A stretch of DNA of 62,419 bases, filler included, from Choristocarpus tenellus KU-1152 (GCA_964200185.2; 9 parts of 9 records of this genome joined end to end with filler, not necessarily neighbours in it); one strand, 5' to 3'; shown: positions 1 through 12,107, numbered from the whole stretch's first letter. The notes: generated from the letters alone by a model not told the origin. A program made the numbers and translations.

Positions 1-669
1 GGTAATGCTATTTCTCAGTAGTGAAGATGAGAGAGTGTGAAGCCTCACACGACCCCCTTTGCTGAACGTGAAAAAAGGAATGGATGGTTGAAATTTAGAA
101 GAGTGATCTTTGTGTATGGTGTCTTCTAATTGCTTGTTTATTAATTATTTGTGCTTCCTATCTGAGTCGACGGTCATGTCAAAGTTAATTGAATGCAGAA
201 TAAATACCAATACATAATTCCATACATAATCTGGATGTACTATCCCATTAGTTACATCACATGGACTCAATTCAACACAACAATCTCATATGCACAAAAT
301 AAGGTACACCTCACTATTGTCCTATTTTGCACACTCCGGAGTCCCTGGTTTCGGGGGAGCATTTACGGACGGTGGTGGGACCTGACCAGACCGAGTTATC
401 CGTAGCCCACCGAGAAGGTGAGCGTAGAAGTGGGCAAGGTGAGCCTTTGCGGCGTTTGCCAAGGGCATCGCTTAGAACTTGCCTTTTCATCGTATCCCGT
501 GTGTCAAACCCTATGTTGGTTAAGTTTAGACCATGTGGGGCATGCGGTCGAAGTTTGCTTTGATCTTCCTTGGTGATGTTCTGATTTCCGAGTTTGACTG
601 TGGCATGAGAGAATGGTTCATAGCAATAATTAATGGTTCCGGTGGAACCTCCCAATGTTGTCTGGAGAC

Positions 670-1170
670 ATGGTGGAAAGGTTTGGGCACTTTGGTACGC
701 AATTGGAGAGTTTCCTGGATGAGTTTAACCACTAACGCAGTACGGGGGAGTTACTGCTGGAAGGGGGTGTCAAGTCTCGATTCAGACATAAAAGTGTTCG
801 CCATTGCACAAGTGACTCTTTCGAGACACGCTATGTGTTTCAACCTAGAGGCACCGGGCAGGTGGGACCTAAAGTATCTAGGGAGGGGAGGGGGTCTAAA
901 CCAGGGTGTCCATTTGGGCCAAAACCAGGAAAAGTGCACTTACATCCATCCGATACATACAACCAAATCACCCGAAAATCGCGACATGAAAAAATTGACC
1001 CCAAATGGACATCCGGCACCCCCCTCCCAGATACTTTGAGCCTGGGCAAGAAGGGTCCTGACAGATTCTTGGGGTGGTTCCCTAGGTTCTTACCCATCTT
1101 CGTAGGACTAGGTTGGAAGCATAGCAGTGTGGACCTTAGTTTGTAGAGAAGGGGACATTATTGTATCGTT
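670..1170 (+). mobile_element. Degenerate 3' end of an RLE-type (CRE/R2-like) non-LTR retrotransposon, interrupted by MITE-A
   Basis: Clear nucleotide similarity to 2455-2790 (GAAAG-TTTGGGCAC...GAGAGTTTCCTGGATGAGTT...GCACAAGTG-CTCT-TCGAG-CAC). Encodes remnants of the ExFGxxG...FLxxLA...SVxxQ C-terminal motif. Boundaries approximate. Confidence 0.6.
866..1042 (+). mobile_element. MITE family A (177 bp)
   Basis: TIRs GACCTAAAGTATCT...AGATACTTTGAGCC; subterminal GTCCATTTGGG/CCCAAATGGAC; TSD TGG, confirmed by the empty homologous site at ~2645-2665. Confidence 0.95.
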
Positions 1171-1635
1171 AGCTCATTCAAAAAGTACATATTGTGTGGA
1201 AGTATCACTGCAGTAAAGGTAACAATTGTATCTACTGTTGTTCTTGTCATGAGTCAAACCAACGAGAGGTATGTGGGATTGCATTTTAAGGATCCCGAGA
1301 AAGGGAAAATAAAATTCATTTTTGTGTACTTGCAGAAAGAGCCTTTCCTGAATCCTGGAAAGGGGGGGAGTATCAATATTGCGTGCACTATTCTGCACAT
1401 AAAGCAATGGAATAGAGTGCAATTGCACAAGGAAAGAAAGATGGGTTTCGAGTGCAAAGGGGTCCAAATCTGCGTCCCTCTCATCGGTTTTGCTTTCATA
1501 TGGTTTTGGTCCCTGATTTCTCCCCCTAATACTACGGCAGAACGTCAAAGGACACAATAATATCTCGAAAGCCTAACCTCTTTAAACACAAGGTTGGAGT
1601 CCGCCTTCAGTTAAGTGACATAATGCAAGTCTTCA

Positions 1636-1895
1636 GAGCTAAAGTATCTCTTAGAGGGTAGGGCCGCGTCCATTTGGAGGTCAAAATCCAATGTTGCGAT
1701 TTTGATCTAATTTTGGCTACCGTGTTTGTTAGGAAGTATCAGTATCCTTGTTCCGGACGCAACTTTCATAACGTATACATTTTACCTACTCCGAAACATT
1801 TTGGAGCGGAAAAATGTAAAAAAAAATCCCACGGGAAGCCAAGCCCCAAATGGACAAACAGGGCAAAACTCCTACCCTCTAAGACACTTCCACTC
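1636..1895 (+). mobile_element. MITE family B (~260 bp)
   Basis: TIRs GAGCTAAAGTATCT(CT)TAGAGGGTA...TACCCTCTAAGACACTTCCACTC; flanks TCA/TGA. Confidence 0.93.
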
Positions 1896-2104
1896 TGAAG
1901 TTGAGCACAGATGGTGTATTTTTGTGTGGATTGACCCCATCGACATGATTAAACATCTGTGCGGTCACCTTGTACTTTAATTTATATGAGTTGACCACCA
2001 CCATAGTTTTCTCGTCATAGTATCCACTTGGGGGATATTTTAGCACATATCCATCAATATTTTGCAAGTGTTATAATGGGTGAGGTCAAGAAGCAACATA
2101 CTAG

Positions 2105-2800
2105 GTGAAGAATATACATACGCCAGCACATATTATGGTGAAACGCCTAGAACAATTTTGTCGGGGAATGGGCATCCCTTGCACTATGGAGGATGACAGG
2201 CCATTTATAGTGAACAAGAACTTCCGCACGGATATGGTGTTCCATGCTGGGGCACTATCGGATGCCGGTTCAGCTCACTTCTGGGACAAACACCTCCTCC
2301 TGATATTGCTTCTGTAGAAGTCCTAGCAGCCTGTTACGTGACACACTTATCCACCATCAATGGTGTGACTGTTGCTGCAGATGAGGCGTGAAATTGCACC
2401 AATTACAAGGGATCTTTCAAACCTTGTGTTTTTAATCCCATTGCCTTCATCATAGTGGAAAGTTTTGGGCACATTGCTTAGCAATCAGAGAGTTTCCTGG
2501 ATGAGTTAGCAACGCAGTAGGGAGGAAGGGGTTTGGAACTGCAGGAAGGGATGTGTTAAGGTAGTCTCATTTGAGACATAGTTGTCTGTCACGGCACAAG
2601 TGGCTCTCTCGAGGCACATCATGCATTTCAAACAAGAGGCATTGGGTAGGTGGGCAAGAAGGGCTTGATAGATTCATTGTTGGGATGCTTCCCTAACTCC
2701 TTACCCACCTTCTAGGGCTAAGTTAGGTAGGTCAGAAGCATAGGAGTGCGCACATCACTTAGTAAACTATTTTGAAGGGGGATATAGTTGTATTGTTGGT
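2105..2800 (+). mobile_element. Degenerate RLE-domain 3' end of a CRE/R2-like non-LTR retrotransposon
   Basis: Across frameshifts and stops it reads FRTDMVF...LLLDI.....YKGSF...FNPIAF..VESFGH....FLDELA....SVTAQVALSRH. This is the restriction-like endonuclease C-terminus of RLE LINEs. Confidence 0.65.
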
Positions 2801-3107
2801 TTTCAGGTGGTACACATTTTAGGAAGGTGCATTATAATATCACTACACTACATATACTGCTGTTGTGTTTAGATTCCTTGTAATAATCTCTTCACTTTTC
2901 ACTTATCTTTAAAATGTTAGACGCATAATTACTTGTTGACAACTTCTAAGTAGCATGTTAACCAATCTCTGTTGTGAATGGTTTTGCCAGTCAACAGAAA
3001 AACACCATTTCGGGCTTGTGGGTTTGAATCCGCAGTAATTTCGTGGTTACCGCAATCTGGTTGTACGTGTGACCCACAATACATAGTTATAACCTCAACA
3101 CCTTTGC

Positions 3108-3350
3108 GGTGGAAAGTGGCGGTTCGGTAAGCAACCAGAAAGTTTCTGGATGAGTTAGCTACGCACATGGTAGGGGGGAGAGGGACAGGAGGCTGCAGCA
3201 GGAAAGGGGCTGTCAAATCCCGTCTACGGCACATAGTATTTGTCACAACAAAAGTAGCCATATCTAGATGTTTCCTGCGTTTTAAGCTGGAGATGCGAGG
3301 GAGATGTGCAAGGAGGGGCTTGTTAGATTTGAAAGCTTTTTTAATTCTTT
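3108..3350 (+). mobile_element. Short third copy of the RLE-LINE 3' end
   Basis: GGAAAGTGGCGGT...AAGTTTCTGGATGAGTTAGCTACGCA...TTTGTCACAACAAAAGTAGCC matches the copies at 670 and 2455. Confidence 0.55.
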
Positions 3351-4021
3351 CCTCTGACACATCTGTAAGTGTATAATATAATGTATATACATCACTTTAA
3401 TGGTAATAAGAAAATGAAACGCGCGAAAGGATACAGACTGGTTGTTGTTTTCCCTTCATACATCTACAAAATGTCACTTAAATAATATTTTAGATGGGTG
3501 CATTGTCATCAAGATCTTGTGTATTGTGACAAACGGCCTATGTATAGACCTTTCCTTGTGGTTTTGATCATCTTAGAAGTTGTGATGAAATTGGGTTTGC
3601 TCCTTTCAGGTTGGATAAAATGTTCAGAAATCCACTGAAACGGAATGTTCTGATGCTACAAGACTCCAACAATGTATTGTTCTGATTCCTTGTGATATTA
3701 GTTGGACTCTTCCCGCACACACATATATATAATGTGAGAGGGTGCAATAATTAATATTTATGAAAATATAACGTCATAATATAGTCATACGGATCTCCCG
3801 AAATCTCCAGTATCTGGTTGGTGGAAATATCCCTATTTGGGGTCAAAAGTGTGTGTTCACGATTTTTGGATATATTTAACAAAAATGTCACAGCACAAAA
3901 AATAGTAATAATATATTTTACAACATATTTTGTAAACTACATGACAATGATGGTGATATCATCATACCACACATATTAAAGAATACGAGAATACGATAAT
4001 ACGGGGTCTTTGAAATTTAGA

Positions 4022-7000
4022 TCATGGAGCGGCACAAGAAGAGCAACAAGTATAGAACCACACCACATATGGCCAACGAAAAGGGTTTTCAATCGAACGA
4101 ACCCCGTCCTCATGACGTGAAGGGGTAGAGACGATTGCTTCCGGTAGGCGACGGATTAGACTGGGGAAGAGGGTAAAGGTCGGGCTATGAAGGCGATCTG
4201 GCGATTGTTTCAGCACCCGAAGGATGAGGGGGTAGTTGAGGTACGATTTTAGACTTGTCATTTCAAACCGCCTCTTTAGCTTATCTTACCTGTTTGCTGC
4301 ATGGTCGACTAGTCAGTGCTCACTAGATCTGAGATGGAAGGGTTTGCGATGGAGAGTTAAGTTGTATCGGGAGATGGAGCAGTCATTGAGAGGCCGTTGC
4401 GAGGTTGCAGTAGAACTATACTCTGAATGTTTTCTCTCCAACCTATGGGACAAGTCGTTGTTCAGTTGTAGATAATATTTGCAGACTTGGCCTCCGACTC
4501 TGTTCGTTATATTTTCATCAACATGCTTGACTCCTACGGTATCACCTGGAAACGACACCTTCAGCTTCTTGCACAGAACCAACCTCGTTGTTCTGGTCTT
4601 TGCCCTCTATTTGCTTGTCCCAGCAACGTCCAAAACCCGACCCATCCCCACGAGCACCACATCAAGCACCACCAACTATATATAAGGAGTACGGTCCTTT
4701 GGATGTGGAGTTGGCGTTCTCTTCAGACAGCGATGGCCAACGTTTGCGCTTATTGTGGGCTGACGTGCAGGCTGCCGACGGGGTTACCGGACGTCGCTGT
4801 TCTCTCCCCCCTTTCACCTCTGCCTTGAGCGAAGTATGCGAGCGTACTGCATGTGTTTGTCCCTTTGCCCATGGTTTAAAAAATGGAGCACCAAACCCCT
4901 CACTTGGTGTCGGCGCGGGACCAAGATTGACTGTCCCCGCTAGCTCAACTGATGTGATCGGGCACCCAGTCGAGGTCATTAACGGCCTTGCAAATGCCGT
5001 CATGGGAGAGGCAATGTGCCGATGCGGGCTTGGACTGGGCGATTTTTCCAGAGGATGCTCTGTCCATGGTCTCACAGCTGTCTCCTGGGCTGCGTTTTCC
5101 CTCAAAACGCCTGACAACCCCCTGCCCCCAGTATCTTCCATTACCCCACCCCCCTTAATTGTCGATGACAAGTTCTCAACGGTGGAAGGTGTGAAGGAGC
5201 AAGAGTCGCAGGGAGGGACAAAGGTTGGGGCCCCTCAAAGTATAAGCTCTGTAAATTGGGTTGGTACTGCCGATGAGGGCTTGCTGGCCGAAGATTCTGT
5301 GAAGGCTAGGCGTGTCGTGATGCTGGGACTTCTTCGAGCACTGGCGGCACTCAGCTGTTGGCCATACAACCTAGCAGAGTTGGCACGGGTAGGGAGAGCA
5401 GGGAGAGGGCTTGGTTTTGCTCTGACCTCTCTGCTAGATGCACTCTGTGAACAGCTTCAAGAGTTCCAGCGAAGGAGCTGCAGGGTTGTGAAACCCCCTA
5501 TGATGCAAAGGTGATGCGGTAGTACATACTTCTAAGTGTACGGTTTTGCGAGGTTTGTGCTCCTCAAATCCTGTGGTTGTCGCTCCATTGCGTGGTTGGA
5601 AGTGTGGATTATTTGAGGGGTCCATGTTTTGACTTGTGTATGCCATGCTCTACTCTCTTCTTGGTAGTGTGAGATATGTCAGGAGTTGGGATAGACTTGG
5701 TAGCTCAAAACACTCTGCAGGGTACAGTTATGTTTGTTTAATGACTGGCAGTGAAATTAGCGTAGTCAGTTGAGTTCATACCTTGGGATGCAATCTGCTG
5801 GTGGATAAGAGACTGATGGTGGATCCTGCTCATGATGAAATGCAGAGTGATCAGGTTTGCACTATCTCCAATGTTGTGAATCTTGTAGCGCTTTTAGGAG
5901 TTATCATATTCCACCTCTATGGTAGCTTTTGACTGCTGCCTTCAGTACTTTGCAGGCCTCAGGTCCATATTTATTCCTGCTGTTGTTGATTGCGTTGTCA
6001 TTGACCTTGAAACTTATCTCACTCTGATCAAGTCTTGCACTTGAAGCTAACTGCTTTTAGGGAGTTGATTGTCTGGGAGCATCCCTTGTTTTTTCCACAA
6101 CATAACAGGTTAGCTGCTGGTGACCTTCTACTCCTCTTCTTTTGTCCTGCCTAGAAAGCGGTCATTTTTAGAGCATGGTTGGGGCTATATTATGGATTAG
6201 GGTTAGATTTAGAGTTGAGGGTAAAATGACACTGAAGTAGAACATTTGGAGGTCCTCAAGAGATCTTCTAGGACCTTAATTGTTTGTACTCCCTCCCCCG
6301 TGACGTATACTCCATCCATATGTTCCAGTCCAAGTGAGTGTGAAGATGTGCTGTTCTTCCTTGACTGCCTGTGCCCCCTGGTCAAAATAGCTGCCAGAAG
6401 CTCACCCAGCTTGGAACAATGGCATAGTCTTCTGAATGTCACAGTGTGTCCGGCTGAGGCTGGTCTTAACCTTCACCCCAGTGACAGACGGGGCTGTTGG
6501 GCAGGGGAGGAGGTTGAGGAGGGTGAAAACATGAGCAGCGTCACTGCTCAGGGTAATTGTTGTGAGTGCCCAGACAAATGTGTGTCTTGTACTGAGAGGG
6601 CAACATATCTTGACAATGCAACAATGTCGCTGGGGTGTTGCAAGGGTGGAACTGGTGGCGATGCTAGGACGGAGAGTGGGGCTCTGGGTGGGGGTAATGA
6701 GGAAGAGACCACTGGAAGACGATGGGTTGGAGGCAAGAGGGTGATGGGTAGGGTTGAAGGTAGGGGGAGGAGCAACAATGGCTTGGAAGAATTGTACATT
6801 GCGAAAATAGTTGCTGGGGCAGATGTGGAGGAGTGGTCAGCCACCTTGGTGAGGGCGGGGATGGTCGAGGCACTGGTGGGGGTGCTCAAGCAGACTCTCA
6901 ACACTTGTGGCTCGCTGGGTGTTATGTTTCCGCCCAAAGGTGAGTCTGAGGAGGAAGAGGGGGAGGAGGGTGGGGTGTCAACAGTGAATGCAACATTGGG

Positions 7001-7589
7001 GGTTGAGTTTGAGCAGCTTCGGGGAGGGGAATGTGAGGGTCAACAGAATGCAGAGGGGACTGACGCCACTGTCACTCTTGCTGCTGCCACTGTCGGAGTT
7101 GCTCCTAGTGCAACAGTGGTTGAAGGCAAAGGAGGTGTAGATGCTGGGTTTGGGTTGTGCTGGTGGCGAAGGTGTCAGCATTGCTGTGGGTGTGATCTAG
7201 AAGCTGTGCAGGTCAAAATCTTGGTGGCTGCTGGTGCGCTTATTGCTGCCCATCCCCACGCAGCTCGTGACCGCTTCCACACAAGTGGAGGGGTGCTTCA
7301 GCTCCGACGGATTGTCTCCTTGGGCTCTGGCAGAGATCTCGACTGCTGTTGTGTAGGAGCTGATGCCAGTATGAGGTGTGGGGGAGCAGAGGAAATGATG
7401 GGGGATCACGTGGGGTTTAGTAGTAAGTGCAGTTCCCAGTGGAAATGTATTCGCTCTACTGGTTCTGTGGAGGCGCTGAAGCTCCGAGAGCACCAGTGCC
7501 TGGTTGCCCTGCAGCTCCTGAGAGTCTGCCTCCTGTTGGGCCCGCCTGCCCTGCCAAGCTTCTTGGAAGATGCCACCAAGGTGTTAGAT
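4022..7589 (-). pseudogene. Long decayed coding-like region of unknown family (S/P/T-rich), possibly a transposon ORF
   Basis: Chain of minus-strand ORF pieces (6548-6937, 4662-5171, 4313-4582) separated by isolated stops. Long antisense shadow ORFs on +. Intron-like AAG|GTATGA...CCCTGCAG at ~5717-5781. No recognisable domain. Confidence 0.3.
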
Positions 7590-7689
7590 NNNNNNNNNNN
7601 NNNNNNNNNNNNNNNNNNNNNNNNNNNNNNNNNTTAATTAATTAANNNNNNNNNNNNNNNNNNNNNNNNNNNNNNNNNNNNNNNNNNNN
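7590..7689. other. Artificial contig linker (N44-TTAATTAATTAA-N44); others at 12291-12390, 20045-20144, 39788-39887, 43810-43909, 48473-48572, 54161-54260, 57677-57776
   Basis: An identical 100-nt spacer with stops in all six frames occurs eight times. Adjacency across these linkers is not biological evidence. Confidence 0.99.
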
Positions 7690-7725
7690 CTACAGAATTC
7701 TTACCTATACCACATCGGGTTCAAG

Positions 7726-9677
7726 ATGGACAAAATGGATGAAGAGAGTGAGAGAGACCGAATGTCATCGTCCTCAGGTTCATCATCCTCGAGTTCATCG
7801 TCTTGCAGTTCATCGCCTTTCGATGAATCGACCTTTATGTTGGAGGCGATATCTAGGATAAACGCAACTGGGTATTGCTCATCTCCGCTTTGATGGACAA
7901 GGAGGATGAGGAGGAAGGACATCCATTATTTCGCAGGTTTTGCATCCCCCGAGACCGGCTCGTTTACATGGCGAGCTCATGGGGGGTTATGCTGGGGAGA
8001 GAGGAAGATCTGAGAGACGTCACTTCGCGGGAGGCGCTGAAGTTCAGGAGGCGTATCTGAGTCCGATTTGTTTTCTTTGAAGATTTAGTGAAGGAGGTAC
8101 AAAGGCAGGGGCGGTTTGGTTGTCGAACCGCAGATGCCACCGGATGCCCTGGCATACCCGTAAAGCTGAAGGTGAGCATACCCGCCAGTAGAGTTTGTGT
8201 GTGAAAGGACCAGCTGGATAGGGCTCGTATATTCAACCGTTCTTTGGTCTGACAGTACTGGATGTGACTTGCCGTCTGCAGGTGATATCGGTCCTTCAAA
8301 TCCTCGCCAGGGGAAAGTGCTTTGATGATATCGAGAAAGTTTCTGGTATATCTGAGAGCACAGCACAAAACACGTTTCACTGCTTCTGTGAGTGTTTTGC
8401 GCGTGATATGTACTCGAGTTGGATTTATCTACCAGAGGGCGACTTGGGGGAGGTCATGCGCACGTATGGAGCTGTGGGGTTTCCTGGTGCTGTGGATTCC
8501 ACTGATGTGACACATGTATTGTGGGAGAGGGCGCCCATTAGTGATGTGCCGTATTATATCGGTGAGGAGGGTTACGTGACGGTCGCCTATTAAGTGACCG
8601 TTGACCATGCTGGATTTGCATGGGGAGTGTTGAAATATTCCACACTGGACCCGCGGCTTTGGTGCTTTGATGAAAGACGGTGAATAGCTTGGTGTAGATA
8701 TGCAAAGTTAATATCACAAGGGGCTTGTGGTCTCGATTCCGCTGACTGACTATGTGGGTAAGATTATAGCCTAGACTACCATTATTATTTCTATAGTGTG
8801 GGGTTTGTAATCGTCCGCACTAATTTACTATGAATCACTTATTTACTTGTCTGAAGTATAGAAAGCGTATGTTGATCATATATAAAATCAACACTATGAG
8901 TCAGTACATATAATGTATCTGTCACTGGCTCTCCATCCAATTATCTAATCCACCGGTGGTGTCTATGTGTATCAGCAGCACTATCTACGAACAGGGAGTG
9001 ACGGCTGGGTTTCCTGGAGCCAAAAACGACAAGACAATCATTCGATATGATGGTGCTATCCAGAAACTTGGGAGTGACCCCACATACAGACAGCTGGAGT
9101 ACAACGTCAAGGACTCCGTTGGGAACTGTTACACCGAGAAAGGGGCCTATATCCTTGTCGATGGGGGCTACTGTAAGGTGACAGGAAAAACGTGACTGTA
9201 CGGCCATGCCTAACTAATTAGGGTCAGCTTCTGTGAAAATGAGCGCTCATCAAACTAGCAAGTCAACATTCCTTTGCCCAACCCGATCTTTGCATTTGCA
9301 GTGGAGAGTGTACGCAAGGATGTCGAGTGCTTTTTTGGCAGAGTCAAGGGCCGCTTCAGAATCCTCAAGCTGCCACTACTATGTTCGCACAGGAAGAAGA
9401 TAACATATTCTTCACTTGCTACATATTGCGAAATATGCTTCATTCATATGATGGCCTTCGAGAGTTGGAGGGCAACACTGATTGGACAGGGGATGCTGGT
9501 CTGCATGATGCCTTCTACAGTGACCCTTACACTGATTTCAAACGGATGGGCATGCCAAGGGACCAGGGGGGAGGGGGATCTGAAGAGTATTTGGAGAGGG
9601 AGATGGGATTTGATGAGCTTAGGAATAGGCTCATAGCACACTACAAGTACAAGGAAGAAAACGGAGAGGTTGTTTGA
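7726..9677 (+). pseudogene. PIF/Harbinger DDE transposase pseudogene with two spliceosomal introns (8172-8281, 9178-9301)
   Basis: Motifs GIPVKLK|VISVLQILARGKCFDDI, GFPGAVDSTDVTHVLWERAP, GFPGAKNDKTIIRYD, YILVDGGYCK and ESVRKDVECFFGRVKGRFRILK. Disrupted by stops, frameshifts and a solo LTR. Confidence 0.92.
8628..8993. mobile_element. Solo LTR (366 bp) inserted in the PIF transposase
   Basis: Termini TGTT...AACA; 5-bp TSD GGGAG (8623-8627, 8994-8998). Removing it restores the frame AWGV-TAGFPGAKNDK. Confidence 0.9.
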
Positions 9678-10379
9678 ATGAGGTCCTGATGGTGGGATCT
9701 TGGTTGTCAAACAGTGCTTTGCATTTTGCGCTATTGACACTTTATGTGATAGTGAAAAGCACAATTTTACTTTTGTAAAGTACATACAAGAAGAGGTAGG
9801 AAGACGTAATACAGGACAACAAGTCATTTGTCAGTAAAATGTAGAGAGTGATTGAGAGTCAACTGTCACAAGGAAGAATTAATTGCCGCTTGTTGTTGAC
9901 AATGTATTTAATTAAAGGTTGTCCTCATGGAAAAGAGCAGCTCACTTCGTTCTGAGTAGTCGATAATATTATACCCTAACAAACCTTCTGAAGAGCGCTG
10001 GGATCACCATCGTTACTTTAACCTTGCTCGAGGTCATGATACAAGGTCAGGGTTGACAGCTTTGTTTGGTTATGCATCATAAGCTCAAGATAAGAGGACT
10101 TTACACAAAAATAATTACATAAAATACTACCAAATTACCTCAAATTTAAAACAAAGATTTTTCCAATGCCGTCCAGTGTGATGATGGTACACTTACGTGC
10201 ATGGCACCGCTGTAAAAGACTACTGAGCACTACAATGACAGCTGTGTTGTCACAACTGATCCCTCAACCCTATCCCTCCACTACTGCTGCCTGCCCCCAA
10301 AGCCCCCAAGTCAACCTCCCCTTCACCACTATCTGGCTCCGAACCCCCTGAGCCCCCCTTCACCACTGTCCCACCACTT

Positions 10380-12107
10380 GCTAGCATCACCCCAGCACCA
10401 CCGATATTCTCGTCCAGCCTCACTGCCATCCGTTGCTCATACCGTTTCCTACAAACTCTCCCCGAACAGTATCACCACTCTTCTCAAAAGTCTGCCAAGC
10501 TTGCTTAGCAGTCTGGAGCATTCCGTCAAATTTGCGCCTATCTTCCCTGGCAGTAGCCTTTTCTTCCATCCTATTCTTCCTATCTTCGTAAGCAGTAGCC
10601 TTTTCTGTCATGATGTCTACCTGTCTCCTCGTGTCTCTAGCTGCATCATCCAATTGCGGATACGAGGGCACTAATAATATGATTTTCCATCCTACTTTTA
10701 ATCCTTGACTCTCCTCCCAACTTCAAGTCCTCCTCAGCAGCCCTCCGTAACTGCTGTCGGCTCCTCGATCCTGGGTTTGCTGCTAGCCAAAATCTCCTCA
10801 TTGCCTCCACACCCTCCATTGAAGAGGACTCCACTGACCTCCCATCCTTGCTGCTGAAGTCACAGCATGTGGACCCTTCTTGTGGGGTTCCCTCACTCAT
10901 ACTCATGTCAAAGTCTTGGAGCACATCATTGGACGGGGGTCCATATACTGCAAACAGAAGAAGATATGGAGGGACCCAACCATCTGGCATTTCATTTGGA
11001 GGGGGGGGAATAGGGGAAACCTGGGGCAAAGGTCTCCCCACTGATCCATGAGAGAGTAGTTCGTCGCTGGGCCTTTCTGGGGTGGCGCTGGCAGGACTGG
11101 AAGTGGGACCTCCTGAATCAGGCCCCACCACTTCAGCGTCAGTCGCCGCTGGAAATCCTCCCTCCCTCCAACAAGGTCGATGATACTCCCAAGAGGGTCA
11201 AAGTATCTGGGGGGGGTGTCGGNNNNNNNNNNGGTGTCGGCGTCCGTTTTTCACCCTTTTTTCGATTTTCACTTATTTGGTGCGATTTGCCCGCATGTGT
11301 CAGATTTGAAATGTTCGCAAAAAAAGAGTTGTTTGACCGAAACGGACGCCCCCTGGCAAACCGCCCCCCCCCCCCCCAGATACTTTGACTCAATACTCCT
11401 CGATGTCTGCTGTTCCTCCCACAACAGGTCGCACAGCTTCTGCAGGCAGTCCGTCTCCTGCTCCCCAGACCGCAAATTTTCTGCAGGAACAAGACTGGGA
11501 AGCAAGAAAAGTGCTGGATGTGTGTATGTTAAGATACTCGCCATTGAGTGTTGTGATTATGGATTTCAGGTTTGTAACCTAAGAAAGTGAAATGCAATAC
11601 AGCAGGAGCTCAGACAACATTTAATGTCATACTCACATCAGCCAGAGGGGGATGTACAAGTTGGTGACAATCTTCTGCGCCATAGTCCACCTGGACCATA
11701 TCGAAGTGTTCACACTTAGGAATGCCTTCGGAATGGTCTTCCTGGTTCCCAATTTGTCTGCTCGAACACTTCCTTCGTAAGAGTCGGGGGGGTCAAGTCT
11801 GGGGCTTCCTCTCCTAACCACTTCAAGAATCCAGGGACCGCCATTTCCATGTATGCTTGCGTTGCCAAGGCATGTCTCGAATTCTGTGAAACTGTGCTTC
11901 CGCATTCCTTCACCATCCTTGCCACATAGGCGATGGGATCGGCTTGTACGACTTCAAATGAGCAGCTATAATCTTTGAACCGCACGTTTTCTTCAGTCTC
12001 TTTAGTAACCATGGCACCGCAACATTCAGCTTGAAGCCTATGCCCGTGACCGCATCCTCAAAAAGCCATGATTCAGCCAACAATCTTGTATCGATATTGA
12101 CTTTCAA
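10380..12107 (-). pseudogene. PIF/Harbinger second gene (Myb/SANT-like DNA-binding ORF), decayed, convergent with the transposase
   Basis: Pieces SIWSRWTMAQKIVTNLYIPLW, LRSGEQETDCLQKLCDLLWEE, PDGWVPPYLLLFAVYGPP and a charged C-terminal segment. Position and orientation are typical of the second PIF gene. Interrupted by MITE-C. Confidence 0.6.
11195..11391 (+). mobile_element. MITE family C (~197 bp)
   Basis: TIRs GGGTCAAAGTATCTGGGG...CCCCAGATACTTTGACTC, with an internal sequence unlike A or B. A second copy starts at 19980. Flanks AAGA/AATA. Confidence 0.9.

Noticed and set aside
4588-7637. 308-aa and 463-aa plus-strand ORFs
   Set aside because: No domain or credible start; they are best explained as antisense shadows of a GC-rich minus-strand frame.
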